NCBI GenBank assembly: GCA_040905565.1
Contig: JBBDRF010000029.1
Coordinates: 19,662 to 43,997, forward strand
Reading direction: 5' to 3'
DNA from: Phycisphaeraceae bacterium
Lineage (GTDB): Bacteria; Planctomycetota; Phycisphaerae; Phycisphaerales; Zrk34
DNA length: 24,336 nt
Shown here: piece after piece, positions 1 to 9,875 of the stretch
Layout of the letters: the number at the start of each line of letters is the position of its first letter
Numbering within the stretch: the first letter of the stretch is position 1
Notes under the pieces: model-generated
What the model was told of the DNA's origin: nothing
Databases searched by the model: none
What the model saw: only the letters and a program-made list of their open reading frames with translations
Program-made: the position numbers and the translations under genes

Positions 1-1090
1 GGCCTCTTCCGAGTTGGCTGCGTAGGAGCAGGAGGAAGACGGGTCCGCCGATGAGTGCGGTGAGCACGCCGATGGGCATGAGTCCGACGTTTGCGATGGT
101 GGAAACGTACTTCAGCCCGGCATCGGCACCGACGACCACGATTCCGCCCGCCATGGCGGAACCGAGCACCACCGTGCGATGGCCCGGCCCCAGCATCAGC
201 CTCACGATATGCGGACAGATCAGCCCGACGAACCCGATCGGCCCGGCCAGCATCACCGCACCAGCTGTGAGGACGCTGGCGACGAGGAACAGGAGGAAGC
301 GCAGTCGCCCGGTCCGCAGGCCGAGGCTGTGGCTTTCACTGTCGCCGAACGTCGCCACGTCCATCGAGCGCCCAAGCATGATGGCGATGAGCCCGCCCGC
401 AGCGGTGATGCCTCCGACGATGGCGATGGTCTGGAGGGGGACGTTATCGTCGAGGTAGCCCATCATCCATCGCATCATGTCGCCGCGGATGCCGTGGGGG
501 TTGATGTAGTTGATGGCCATGATGGCGGCCCCGTTGATGGCGTTCACGATCACGCCCACGAGCAGCAGGCCGACAGGGTCGATGCGGCCGCGTTTCTGGG
601 CGAGCAGGTAAACCACGAGCATGGTAAGCACCGCGCCGCCGAGTGCCGCCCCGGCGGTGTTGATCTGCATCGCCCACGGCAGCCAGCCGGCCCATGCGAT
701 CATCACGCCGAGGGCAGCGCCGCTGGAAAGGCCGAGGATGTAAGGCGAGGCCAGCGGGTTTCGCAGCAGCGATTGCAGCAGCGTGCCGCTGATCGCCAGA
801 GCCGCTCCGACGGTCAGCCCGATGAGCAGCCGATCCCGCCGCAACAGCAGGTACTGCTCCAGCATGACCCAGTCGATCTCCCCCGCTTCGTTCAACGGCA
901 ACTGTTCGCCCACCAGCAACCGGGCCGCCGCCACGAGCGCCAGCAGCACGAACAACATCAACAGCACAAAAAACGCCCGACGACGACGCGGCGGCGGCTT
1001 GCGACGCAACGCCCACCCGACATGGGGAAGAGGCGAGGGCGGGGCCGTCTGCCGATCGCCTCGGCGTTGCTCAAGCGTCGGCGTACTCAC
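1..1090 (-). CDS. FecCD/BtuC-family ABC transporter permease (iron-chelate/cobalamin); stop codon lies just outside the window
   Basis: Not in the ORF track; translated by hand. Contains LQSLLRNPLASPYILGLSSGAA, LLLVGVIVNAING and C-terminal MPIGVLTALIGGPVFLLLL. GTG start at 1090 overlaps the upstream stop (GTGA). Confidence 0.93.
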   Translation of the reverse strand, partial: MSTPTLEQRRGDRQTAPPSPLPHVGWALRRKPPPRRRRAFFVLLMLFVLLALVAAARLLVGEQLPLNEAGEIDWVMLEQYLLLRRDRLLIGLTVGAALAISGTLLQSLLRNPLASPYILGLSSGAALGVMIAWAGWLPWAMQINTAGAALGGAVLTMLVVYLLAQKRGRIDPVGLLLVGVIVNAINGAAIMAINYINPHGIRGDMMRWMMGYLDDNVPLQTIAIVGGITAAGGLIAIMLGRSMDVATFGDSESHSLGLRTGRLRFLLFLVASVLTAGAVMLAGPIGFVGLICPHIVRLMLGPGHRTVVLGSAMAGGIVVVGADAGLKYVSTIANVGLMPIGVLTALIGGPVFLLLLRSQLGRG

Positions 1091-2004
1091 GGCACGCTCC
1101 GCTGAGGGGAGACCGGCTCAAGCAGTGCCTTCGCCTGATCGTGCAGGTCGGGGTGGACCAGGGCGACCAGTTTCACAGCGACGCGCGGCAGCGACGTGCT
1201 CGGCAGCAAAGCCGCTTCATCCTCAAGCGAACGAAACCGGTCGGCGAGTGGGTCGGGCATCCGCCCTCCCGGGCCGCCTGCGCTGGACGTCATGTGGATG
1301 ATCAGGTCGGGGTCGACCGCCAGCAGCTGTTCGTGATCGAGCTCCGGATAAAGCAGCGGCCTCTCGTCCAGTGCGTTCAAAGCCCCGGCCACGTGCAGCA
1401 TCTCATCAAGGAACGTCCCCCGCCCCGCGGCGGTGGCGTAGGGGCCAAGCCCCACCAGCAGCAGCACACGCACCGGTTCGCGGTCTGCGGTCAACTCAGC
1501 CAATCGCGCCAGTTGATCTTCGACGCCGTCGGCGAGTGCGTCGGCAGCGTCGGGGGATTCGGCTGCATCGCCAATGGCGTTTCGCAGGGCGTCCAGAGCG
1601 TCGTCAAGCGTTTCGATGTCGAAGCTGTGCACCGCGAAGCCGACCCGGTCGGCGAGACGCTGCAGGCGTGCGGGAACGCCCACGTGCCCCGGCTGAAGGA
1701 GGACGGCTGTCGGTCTGAGGGCGAGAAGCCCCTCATAATCGATGTTGCGGAGGTCGCCGACGATGCGGGCGTGGTCCGGCGAGACGGGGTCGAACTCGCC
1801 GACGCCCACGATGGCGTCGTCCCTGCCGAGGTCGCGTAACATCTGCGTCACGGCGGGGCTGAGGCTGACGATGCGTGGTCCGGAAGAATCTGCGGAATTC
1901 ACTGGCGCAGATTCGCCGCCGCAACCGATGACAGATAACAAGGCCGGCACGACCGCCGCGACGATGAGCAAAGCGGTTCGGCCGGGTTGGGTGCAGGCAG
2001 GCAT
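1087..2004 (-). CDS. BtuF-like (helical-backbone) ABC substrate-binding lipoprotein
   Basis: RIVSLSPAVTQML, IDYEGLLALRP and GTFLDEML motifs; signal peptide ending LLSVIG-C. ATG 2004 is preferred over TTG 2040 because that TTG is the -35 box. Substrate (B12 vs siderophore/heme) is not resolvable. Confidence 0.88.
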   Translation of the reverse strand: MPACTQPGRTALLIVAAVVPALLSVIGCGGESAPVNSADSSGPRIVSLSPAVTQMLRDLGRDDAIVGVGEFDPVSPDHARIVGDLRNIDYEGLLALRPTAVLLQPGHVGVPARLQRLADRVGFAVHSFDIETLDDALDALRNAIGDAAESPDAADALADGVEDQLARLAELTADREPVRVLLLVGLGPYATAAGRGTFLDEMLHVAGALNALDERPLLYPELDHEQLLAVDPDLIIHMTSSAGGPGGRMPDPLADRFRSLEDEAALLPSTSLPRVAVKLVALVHPDLHDQAKALLEPVSPQRSVP

Positions 2005-2011
2005 CGGCCGG

Positions 2012-2040
2012 ATGCTAATGTCGCTTACACCTGCTGTCAA
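2012..2040 (-). promoter_or_regulatory. sigma70-type promoter TTGACA-N17-TAGCAT, 7 nt upstream of ATG 2004
   Basis: Minus strand reads TTGACA gcaggtgtaagcgacat TAGCAT ccggccg ATG. Confidence 0.75.
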
Positions 2041-2075
2041 AAGAACTTCACCACGATGTCATGGAGGACATTCCA

Positions 2076-2882
2076 ATGAGCGCTTTGACCACCCGTCTCA
2101 CAGGCCTGCTACGTCGGATCAAGCCCGAGCGCACCGTGCGCGTCAGTGCAACCGGCAAGACCGCCAAGGCCCCCAAGCCCGTCGCCCCGCCCGAGCGCGC
2201 CGAGCGTGCCGTCACTTCCCTTGAGGAGCTGACGGAGCCGAAGAAGACCGTCGCCCCCGCCCGCCGAACCGGCATCCTCTCGCACTTCCCCGGTGCTAAG
2301 CGTGACGAACGGCTGGACAATCTTCAGGAAGGCTTCACCGAAGTCGTCGACCTGATGCAGACGGTCCGCGTGCGTCTCGACGAGCAATCGGATCGTTCGG
2401 ATCGGCTGATGGAGATCATGAGCCGCCTGCCCGAAGCGATCGACGCTCTGCCCGAAACCAACCGCAACCAGGCCCGCATGCTCGAAGCGCTCCAGACGCA
2501 TCTGGATCGTCAGGATCGCCAATCCAACACGCTCAACAAAACGCTGGGCGAACTGGCGCAGTCTACCGAGCACCAGGGCCAGGTCATGAGCGTGATTCAG
2601 GGGCAGATTGAAACCAATCACCGCACCGATCAGGAAATGCTGCGAGGCTTCGGCGCGATGAGCCAGATGCTCGAACGTCTGAACGAATCCAGCCACATGA
2701 GCGCCCAGACGCTCGAACGCGTGACCAGTCAGTCAAGTCAGGCGGATGCGAACCTTAAAAAGCTGATGAAGACGAACACGCGCAACATGACTATACTCTC
2801 AGCAGCGAGCTGGGTGATGGCCATGGCAGCGATGGGTGCCGCCATCTACGCAGGCTGGGCCATCACGAGTCTCGCTGGTTGA
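2076..2882 (+). CDS. Hypothetical coiled-coil protein with a single C-terminal transmembrane helix
   Basis: GGAGGA SD at 2063-2068 before ATG 2076; long Q/E/L/M-rich helical region; hydrophobic tail ILSAASWVMAMAAMGAAIYAGWAITSLAG; followed by a terminator. Confidence 0.85.
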   Translation: MSALTTRLTGLLRRIKPERTVRVSATGKTAKAPKPVAPPERAERAVTSLEELTEPKKTVAPARRTGILSHFPGAKRDERLDNLQEGFTEVVDLMQTVRVRLDEQSDRSDRLMEIMSRLPEAIDALPETNRNQARMLEALQTHLDRQDRQSNTLNKTLGELAQSTEHQGQVMSVIQGQIETNHRTDQEMLRGFGAMSQMLERLNESSHMSAQTLERVTSQSSQADANLKKLMKTNTRNMTILSAASWVMAMAAMGAAIYAGWAITSLAG

Positions 2883-2924
2883 TCGAACACGGTGGGGTGA
2901 CAGTCTCCTTGGGAAGGGTGCTGT

Positions 2925-2963
2925 GGGCCCGGTCGTGTAATGCATGGCCGGGCCCCTTTCTTT
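2925..2963 (+). terminator. Rho-independent terminator
   Basis: GGGCCCGGTCGTG...CATGGCCGGGCCC stem followed by CTTTCTTT, 42 nt after stop 2882. Confidence 0.7.
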
Positions 2964-3052
2964 GACATGGGCTTTGCGAGCGGGAAGCGTGAGCGACCGT
3001 CCGTCAGAGCGATGAGGCACCATCGCAGCGCAAGCATCGCATCAAGCGGAGC

Positions 3053-3164
3053 GGGTGCCCCGGCCAGCGCAGACGGCCGGGCGGAGATCGTGACAGCGGT
3101 CAAAAGTATCGGAATGTGTTCAGAAGACCCGGCCGTTTCGCTGCGCTCGCTGGCCGGGGCACCC
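3053..3164. repeat. Family A REP-like inverted doublet (short copy 3053-3081 +, long copy 3128-3164 -)
   Basis: GGGTGCCCCGGCCagcg...acGGCCGGG motif in both copies; 46-nt spacer. Confidence 0.9.
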
Positions 3165-3182
3165 CACAGATGAATCACAAGT

Positions 3183-3338
3183 TCACTGCCGCTGCTTCTC
3201 GCGTTGCTTTTGCTCACGACTTCGCTGCTGACTGAACGGATCATTACACGCACTGCAACCCGGGGCGATGCTCAGCCACGCACGCAGCCCTCGGCCGATG
3301 GTGCCTGTCACGCTTCGCCAGAGCTTCCCAATCGTCAT
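3183..3338 (-). CDS. Putative 51-aa small protein with CxxC
   Basis: AGGAG-N7-ATG start. Sequence MTIGKLWRSVTGTIGRGLRAWLSIAPGCSACNDPFSQQRSREQKQREKQRQ. Fills the gap divergent from metG; no homology recognised. Confidence 0.45.
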   Translation of the reverse strand: MTIGKLWRSVTGTIGRGLRAWLSIAPGCSACNDPFSQQRSREQKQREKQRQ

Positions 3339-3425
3339 CCTGTCTCTCCTGTAGAACCGGCAAGTCAAGTATCTTCAGCCGCGGCGACTGGTCAGCGGCG
3401 AGCGGCGCAGTAGAATGGCCCGACT

Positions 3426-4979
3426 ATGCCGCAACCCAACACATTCTATGTCACCACGCCGATCTATTACGTCAACGATCGGCCCCATATCGGGCACGTC
3501 TACACCACGACCCTGGCCGACGTGCTGGCGCGCTACCATCGCCTGCGCGGCGACGACGTGTTCTTCCTGACCGGCACCGATGAGCATGCTGCCAAGGTCG
3601 TCGACACCGCAGCCGAGCGTGGCAAGAGTGCCCAGGAATGGGCCGACCACAATGCCGAGCAGTTCCAGCGCACCTTCAAGGCACTGGGGATGTCGCACGA
3701 CGACTTCATCCGCACCTCCGATGAACGCCATACTTCCCGCGTCACGAAGTACGTCAAGCAGCTGCTGGAGACCGGCGACGTCTACGAGGGCGAGTACGAA
3801 GGCTGGTACGACGCTTCCCAGGAAGAGTACCTCCCCGAAAACCGCGCCAAGGAATACGACTACAAAAGCCCCATCACCGGCCGCCCGCTCGTCCGCAAAG
3901 CCGAGAAAAATTACTTTTTCAAGCTCAGCCGATACGCCGACGCGCTGCTTGAGTTGATGGAGAAGCAGCCGGATTTCGTCCAGCCCGATTCGCGTCGCAA
4001 CGAAGTGCTCGCCCGCATCCGTGACGGCCTGAACGATGTCCCCGTCTCCCGCACCGGCACCGGCGGGTGGGGCATCACCATGCCCGGCGACGAGCAGCAG
4101 ACCATCTACGTCTGGATCGACGCCCTCTTCAACTACCTCACCGCAGTCGATACCGACGACCGCCAACACTATTGGCCCGCGGACGTGCATCTGATCGCCA
4201 AGGATATCCTCTGGTTCCACGCGGTGATCTGGCCGGCGATGCTGATGGCGCTCGACAAGCCCCTGCCCAAGCACGTCTACACGCACAGCTTCTGGATCGC
4301 TGAGGGCCAGAAGATGAGCAAGAGCCTGGGCAATTTCGTCGACCTCGAGAAAATCGACAGCTACGTCGAAACCTACGGTTTGGACGCCCTCCGCTGGTTC
4401 CTCGCCACGCAGGGGCCGCTCGGCTCAACCGATTCGGATTTCGCGCACGCCAAGTTCGTCGATGTCTACAACATGGACCTCGCCAACACACTCGGCAACT
4501 GTGCCGCCCGCGTGACGAACATGATCGCGCGCTACTTCGATGGCGAGCTGCCCACGCCTGTCGCTGGGCGTGATGATGCGGACGCGAAGCATCTGCGAAG
4601 CGTCGCCACCGGCATGTTCGACCACGTCGACGCACTGTACAAAAAGGTCGCCGTCGCCGCGGCCAATCACGCAGCCCTCGATGTCGTCCACGCCATCGAC
4701 ACCTACATCGAGCAGACGCAACCGTTCCGCCTGGCGAAGGAACCGGAAAAACGCGATCGCCTCGGCACGATCCTCTACGACTGTGCCGAAGCGTTACGCA
4801 TCGCCTCACTCGGCCTGTGGCCCGTGCTGCCGGGCAAGGTCGAACAGCTCTGGCAACTGCTCGGCGTCGAGTACGACACCACCGCAGGCGACCTGCAGAA
4901 CTGGACCAAATGGGGCGGCCTCAAGCCCGGCACAAAAATCACCAAAGACAAACCGTTGTTCCCACGCATGACCGAATAG
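3426..4979 (+). CDS. metG: Methionine--tRNA ligase (short form, no C-terminal dimerisation domain)
   Basis: YVTTPIYYVN, PHIGH, FLTGTDEH, IYVWIDAL and KMSKSLGN motifs; ends PLFPR. Confidence 0.98.
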   Translation: MPQPNTFYVTTPIYYVNDRPHIGHVYTTTLADVLARYHRLRGDDVFFLTGTDEHAAKVVDTAAERGKSAQEWADHNAEQFQRTFKALGMSHDDFIRTSDERHTSRVTKYVKQLLETGDVYEGEYEGWYDASQEEYLPENRAKEYDYKSPITGRPLVRKAEKNYFFKLSRYADALLELMEKQPDFVQPDSRRNEVLARIRDGLNDVPVSRTGTGGWGITMPGDEQQTIYVWIDALFNYLTAVDTDDRQHYWPADVHLIAKDILWFHAVIWPAMLMALDKPLPKHVYTHSFWIAEGQKMSKSLGNFVDLEKIDSYVETYGLDALRWFLATQGPLGSTDSDFAHAKFVDVYNMDLANTLGNCAARVTNMIARYFDGELPTPVAGRDDADAKHLRSVATGMFDHVDALYKKVAVAAANHAALDVVHAIDTYIEQTQPFRLAKEPEKRDRLGTILYDCAEALRIASLGLWPVLPGKVEQLWQLLGVEYDTTAGDLQNWTKWGGLKPGTKITKDKPLFPRMTE

Positions 4980-5020
4980 GGGCAAATGTGTGATCTTTGA
5001 TGTGAACAAACGCAGCGCGG

Positions 5021-5054
5021 GGGTGCCCCGGCCAGCGAGCGAAGCGAGACGACC
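5021..5054 (+). repeat. Family A REP-like solo copy with degenerate right arm
   Basis: GGGTGCCCCGGCCAGCGAGCGAAGCGAGACGACC between convergent metG and bioD; first 31 nt identical to the 16955 copy. Confidence 0.88.
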
Positions 5055-5080
5055 AAGCGTCTTAGGTCCTGGTCTTTAAA

Positions 5081-6828
<1,748 letters not shown>

Positions 6829-6878
6829 GCCGGTATGCTAACAACCCTGCGGTGCATGGGCATGTTCGCCGGTGCGGG

Positions 6879-7052
6879 TCAGTTGCTTTCCTCGTCGCCG
6901 GGCGCATCGATGTCGCCTTCGACGCCGTTGTCTTCCTCGATCATCACGCCGTTGTCAGGCTCCTGCTCACAGGCTGCGAGATTCACACCCAGCACACCGA
7001 TCGCCAGAACCAGGCTCAGTACCCGAAATCTTCGCCACAGATGATACGTCAT
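6879..7052 (-). CDS. 57-aa small acidic lipoprotein (below the ORF-track cutoff)
   Basis: MTYHLWRRFRVLSLVLAIGVLGVNLAA-CEQEPDNGVMIEEDNGVEGDIDAPGDEESN: basic n-region, hydrophobic h-region, LAAC lipobox; SD AAGGGAG upstream. Confidence 0.8.
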   Translation of the reverse strand: MTYHLWRRFRVLSLVLAIGVLGVNLAACEQEPDNGVMIEEDNGVEGDIDAPGDEESN

Positions 7053-7224
7053 TGAATTCTCTCCCTTTAAGCTGACAGGCTTTGTCAGCGTAGCGGCGCG
7101 CGGGGCGGCAACGGCTGGAGGTGATGCCCGCGCATGAGCGGGGGAGTTCCCCGTGACGCAGGCGATGAGGGCTTGATCGGGCCGGAGGGGGGCAGCTCGG
7201 CTGTGAGAAAATCGTCGGAATTGC

Positions 7225-7253
7225 TTGTCATTTGCCGATCGGGGGGATACATT
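7225..7253 (+). promoter_or_regulatory. sigma70-type promoter for infC, TTGTCA-N17-TACATT
   Basis: TTGTCA at 7225-7230 and TACATT at 7248-7253 with a 17-nt spacer. Confidence 0.6.
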
Positions 7254-7259
7254 GCTATT

Positions 7260-7468
7260 GACACGCCCGCATAGCGGGCCGGTTTAGCGGGACACCTGGA
7301 TGCCCATATTCGAACATTTTCCAAGCTCGACCGCAGAGCGTCTGGTTCCGGCGGTCGGCAGCCGTTCATGAACGGCGTCATTATCCATTAGCGTTTACGC
7401 AGCCCTGGCCGATCGCGTGTTGCGGTCGGGTTCGGTGCTGTTTGCTTTCTGTGTAGGAGATTTCAGCC
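7260..7468 (+). promoter_or_regulatory. Structured ~210-nt 5' leader of infC (candidate cis-regulatory RNA)
   Basis: Stems at 7265-7279, 7328-7357, 7361-7376 and 7409-7429; U-rich tract 7441-7450; SD AGGAG at 7455-7459. Confidence 0.45.
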
Positions 7469-8155
7469 ATAGCCCGAGGACGTTCGCCAAAGAGTTTCGC
7501 CCGCGACACAGGCAAAAGCCTGCGCGTGAATGAGCGTATCCGCATCAGCCCGATCCGCCTGATCGACGAGAACAACGAGCAGATCGGCGTGATCGATACG
7601 TTTGAGGCGCAGAAAATGGCCCGCGCTGCGGGTCTCGATCTGGTCGAGGTGGCGCCCAACTCGGCGCCCCCCGTTTGCCGAATCATGGATTACGGCAAGT
7701 GGAAGTACCAGCAGAAGAAGAAGGAAGCCAAGGCCAAAAGTCACGCCAAGACCAGTGAGATGAAGGAAGTGCGTCTTCGTCCCGGTACAGGCGAGCATGA
7801 CATCCAGATCAAGACCGACAAGGCCCGCCAGTTCTTCCAGGAAGGCCACAAGGTTCAGTTCACGATCCTCTTCCGCGGCCGTCAGATGGCGCATCGCGAC
7901 ATCGGCTTCCGGATGTTTGAGGGGATTGTTGAGCAGTTCTCTGATGTGGCGCACATGGAGATGTCGCCTCGCATTCAGGGCCGCCGCATGACGATGCTCA
8001 TGGCACCGGGCTTGAAGACGAAAGCGCGTGGGCAGGGCTCGGCCGGGCAACCCGCCAGCCGCACACAGCCGACGCCGCCGCCACCTTCACAGGCCCCGCA
8101 GGCTGCGCCATCCGAGGCCCCTCAGCCGACCTCCCAGGGTGCCAGTTCTTCGTAA
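7469..8155 (+). CDS. infC: Translation initiation factor IF-3, probable ATA start, Pro/Gln/Ala/Ser-rich C-terminal tail
   Basis: NERIR...LDLVEVAPN..PPVCRIMDYGKWKY and KVQFTILFRGRQ motifs. In-frame ATA lies 9 nt after AGGAG; the ORF-track GTG 7526 has no SD. Confidence 0.96.
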   Translation: MARGRSPKSFARDTGKSLRVNERIRISPIRLIDENNEQIGVIDTFEAQKMARAAGLDLVEVAPNSAPPVCRIMDYGKWKYQQKKKEAKAKSHAKTSEMKEVRLRPGTGEHDIQIKTDKARQFFQEGHKVQFTILFRGRQMAHRDIGFRMFEGIVEQFSDVAHMEMSPRIQGRRMTMLMAPGLKTKARGQGSAGQPASRTQPTPPPPSQAPQAAPSEAPQPTSQGASSS

Positions 8156-8170
8156 GAGGAACGCTCAACG

Positions 8171-8196
8171 ACGAGCCGCGACCGTGAGTGAGCGGT
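8171..8196 (+). repeat. Family B REP-like solo copy
   Basis: ACGAGCCGCGACCGTGAGTGAGCGGT, 15 nt after the infC stop. Confidence 0.88.
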
Positions 8197-8293
8197 TGTG
8201 CGATAAATGACGGCGTGCGTGAGGGCGGTGCGTCATCGGCGATCTTCGTCGCCCGCTTACGTGGCCCTCCCCAGCGGCATTTGCGAGAAGGTC

Positions 8294-9055
8294 TTGGCCC
8301 CACCGCCGCCCAAAGCTAGTGCTTCGCGACCTCGTCTCGAGAGCTTCGCGCTCAAGCCCGGCCGCAAAATCGGGCCCCGCTATCAGGTCGTCCAGAAACT
8401 CGGCGGCGGCGTCGAGGGCGAGGTCTACCAGATCCTCGAATCCGATACCCACATCCATCGCGCCGCCAAGCTCTATTTCCCCCATCGCGATCCCAAACAC
8501 CGCTCCACCATCTGGTACGCCCGTAAGCTCAACACGCTGCGGCACTGCCCGATCGTGCTCCAATATCACCACACCGAAATCATTCAGGTGCAGGGCCACA
8601 GCGTCCGCTGCCTTATCTCCGAACTCTGCGAAGGCATGCAGCTGGAAAAGTGGATCGCCCAGCACCGCGGCGGCCGGCTCCAACCCTTCCAGGCACTCCA
8701 CGTACTCTACCGCCTGGCGCAGGGCCTTGAAGCCATCCACCTGCTCGGCGAATACCATTCGGACGTGCACTCCCAGAACATCCTGATCCAGCCACGCGGC
8801 ATCGCGTTTGACCTCAAACTCGTCGACTTCTACGACTGGGGCCGCCCCGCACGCCGCAAGCAGCAGCAGGACATCATCGACAGCGTCCGCATCCTCCACG
8901 AGTGCATCGGCGGCCGGTCGCACTACAAAGACGCCCCGCCGGAGATCCGCCATATCTGCATCGGCCTGCAGTGGAAGCGGGTGCTCAAGCGATTCCCCAC
9001 GATCGCAGCCCTGCGAAGGCACTTGGAAACCTTCCAATGGCAGACCCTGTTGTGA
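8294..9055 (+). CDS. Ser/Thr protein kinase-like protein with atypical motifs; start uncertain (TTG 8294 or ATG 8207)
   Basis: LGGGVEGEVY Gly-loop, AAK lysine, HSDVHSQNILI catalytic loop and KLVDFY. Confidence 0.8.
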   Translation: MAPPPPKASASRPRLESFALKPGRKIGPRYQVVQKLGGGVEGEVYQILESDTHIHRAAKLYFPHRDPKHRSTIWYARKLNTLRHCPIVLQYHHTEIIQVQGHSVRCLISELCEGMQLEKWIAQHRGGRLQPFQALHVLYRLAQGLEAIHLLGEYHSDVHSQNILIQPRGIAFDLKLVDFYDWGRPARRKQQQDIIDSVRILHECIGGRSHYKDAPPEIRHICIGLQWKRVLKRFPTIAALRRHLETFQWQTLL

Positions 9056-9063
9056 CCGGCGGG

Positions 9064-9543
9064 ATGATTCTAATCGTGATGGGCGTTTCAGGCAGCGGCA
9101 AGAGCACCGTCGGCCGCCAGCTGGCCGAACGGCTGGGCTGGCGTTTCCTCGATGCCGACGCGTACCACAGCCCCGCAAATATCGAGAAGATGAGCCGAGG
9201 CGAACCGTTGACCGAAGCCGATCGGCAGGACTGGCTCAAAGCCTTGCGGGAAGAAATCGAGCAGCAGCTGGCGCAGGACGCGTCGGCCGTGCTCGCCTGC
9301 TCAGCCCTGACCAAGGCAGCGCGGCACACGCTTCGGGTCGACCGCGAGCGGGTGAAGTTCATCTACCTCAAAGGCTCAGCGGACCTGATTCGCCGTCGCA
9401 TGGCGGGGCGGCAGCACTTCATGCCGCCCGCCCTGCTAACGTCACAATTCGCGACCCTGGAGCCGCCGACGGATGCGATCACCGTCTCCATCGATCAACC
9501 GATCGCCGCAGTCATCGACGCGATCGTCCAGCAACTGCGGTGA
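9064..9543 (+). CDS. gntK: Gluconokinase, GntK/IdnK type
   Basis: MILIVMGVSGSGKST, DADAYH..NIEKM..GEPL...DR..WL, ACSAL and HFMPPALLTSQFATLEPP motifs. Confidence 0.93.
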   Translation: MILIVMGVSGSGKSTVGRQLAERLGWRFLDADAYHSPANIEKMSRGEPLTEADRQDWLKALREEIEQQLAQDASAVLACSALTKAARHTLRVDRERVKFIYLKGSADLIRRRMAGRQHFMPPALLTSQFATLEPPTDAITVSIDQPIAAVIDAIVQQLR

Positions 9544-9572
9544 GCGTGCGATGATCTAAGCGCAAGTGGGAA

Positions 9573-9743
9573 ACGAGCCGCGACCGTGAGGGAGCGGTTG
9601 TGTCCAAAGCACATGGGAACGTGAGAAGGCTGGAATCGCCGTGTTATGCGGGGGTGTTATCCGAAGTGTCATGAACCTGCGACGCATCGTCACGATCTGT
9701 CGAGGGTTGAACGCACCACCGCTTACTGACGTGCGCGGCTCGT
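9573..9743. repeat. Family B REP-like inverted doublet (9573-9598 +, 9718-9743 -)
   Basis: ACGAGCCGCGACCGTGAGGGAGCGGT and reverse-strand ACGAGCCGCGCACGTCAGTAAGCGGT. Confidence 0.88.
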
Positions 9744-9826
9744 TGTCAACGGCGGGACGCGTTGGACGAACGGATTTGCGAATGTGCTGACCCACCCGCT
9801 TCGCCCCGGGATCTGATGATGCACCC

Positions 9827-9861
9827 AAAAAGGGACCCGACCACTTTCGTGGGCGAGCCCC
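9827..9861 (-). terminator. Rho-independent terminator of the ECF operon
   Basis: Minus strand reads GGGGCTCGCCCAC GAAA GTGGTCGGGTCCC TTTTT, 14 nt after stop 9876. Confidence 0.8.
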
Positions 9862-9875
9862 GTGAACTTACAGCA

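Noticed and set aside
2005..2075. Cobalamin riboswitch expected upstream of a BtuF/BtuC-like pair
   Set aside because: The gap to the divergent gene is only 71 nt and the promoter abuts the ATG, leaving no room and no B12 box.
3204..3413. + strand 69-aa ORF with a Leu-rich start
   Set aside because: TTG start with no SD; the overlapping minus-strand ORF has the better initiation signal. Not fully excluded.
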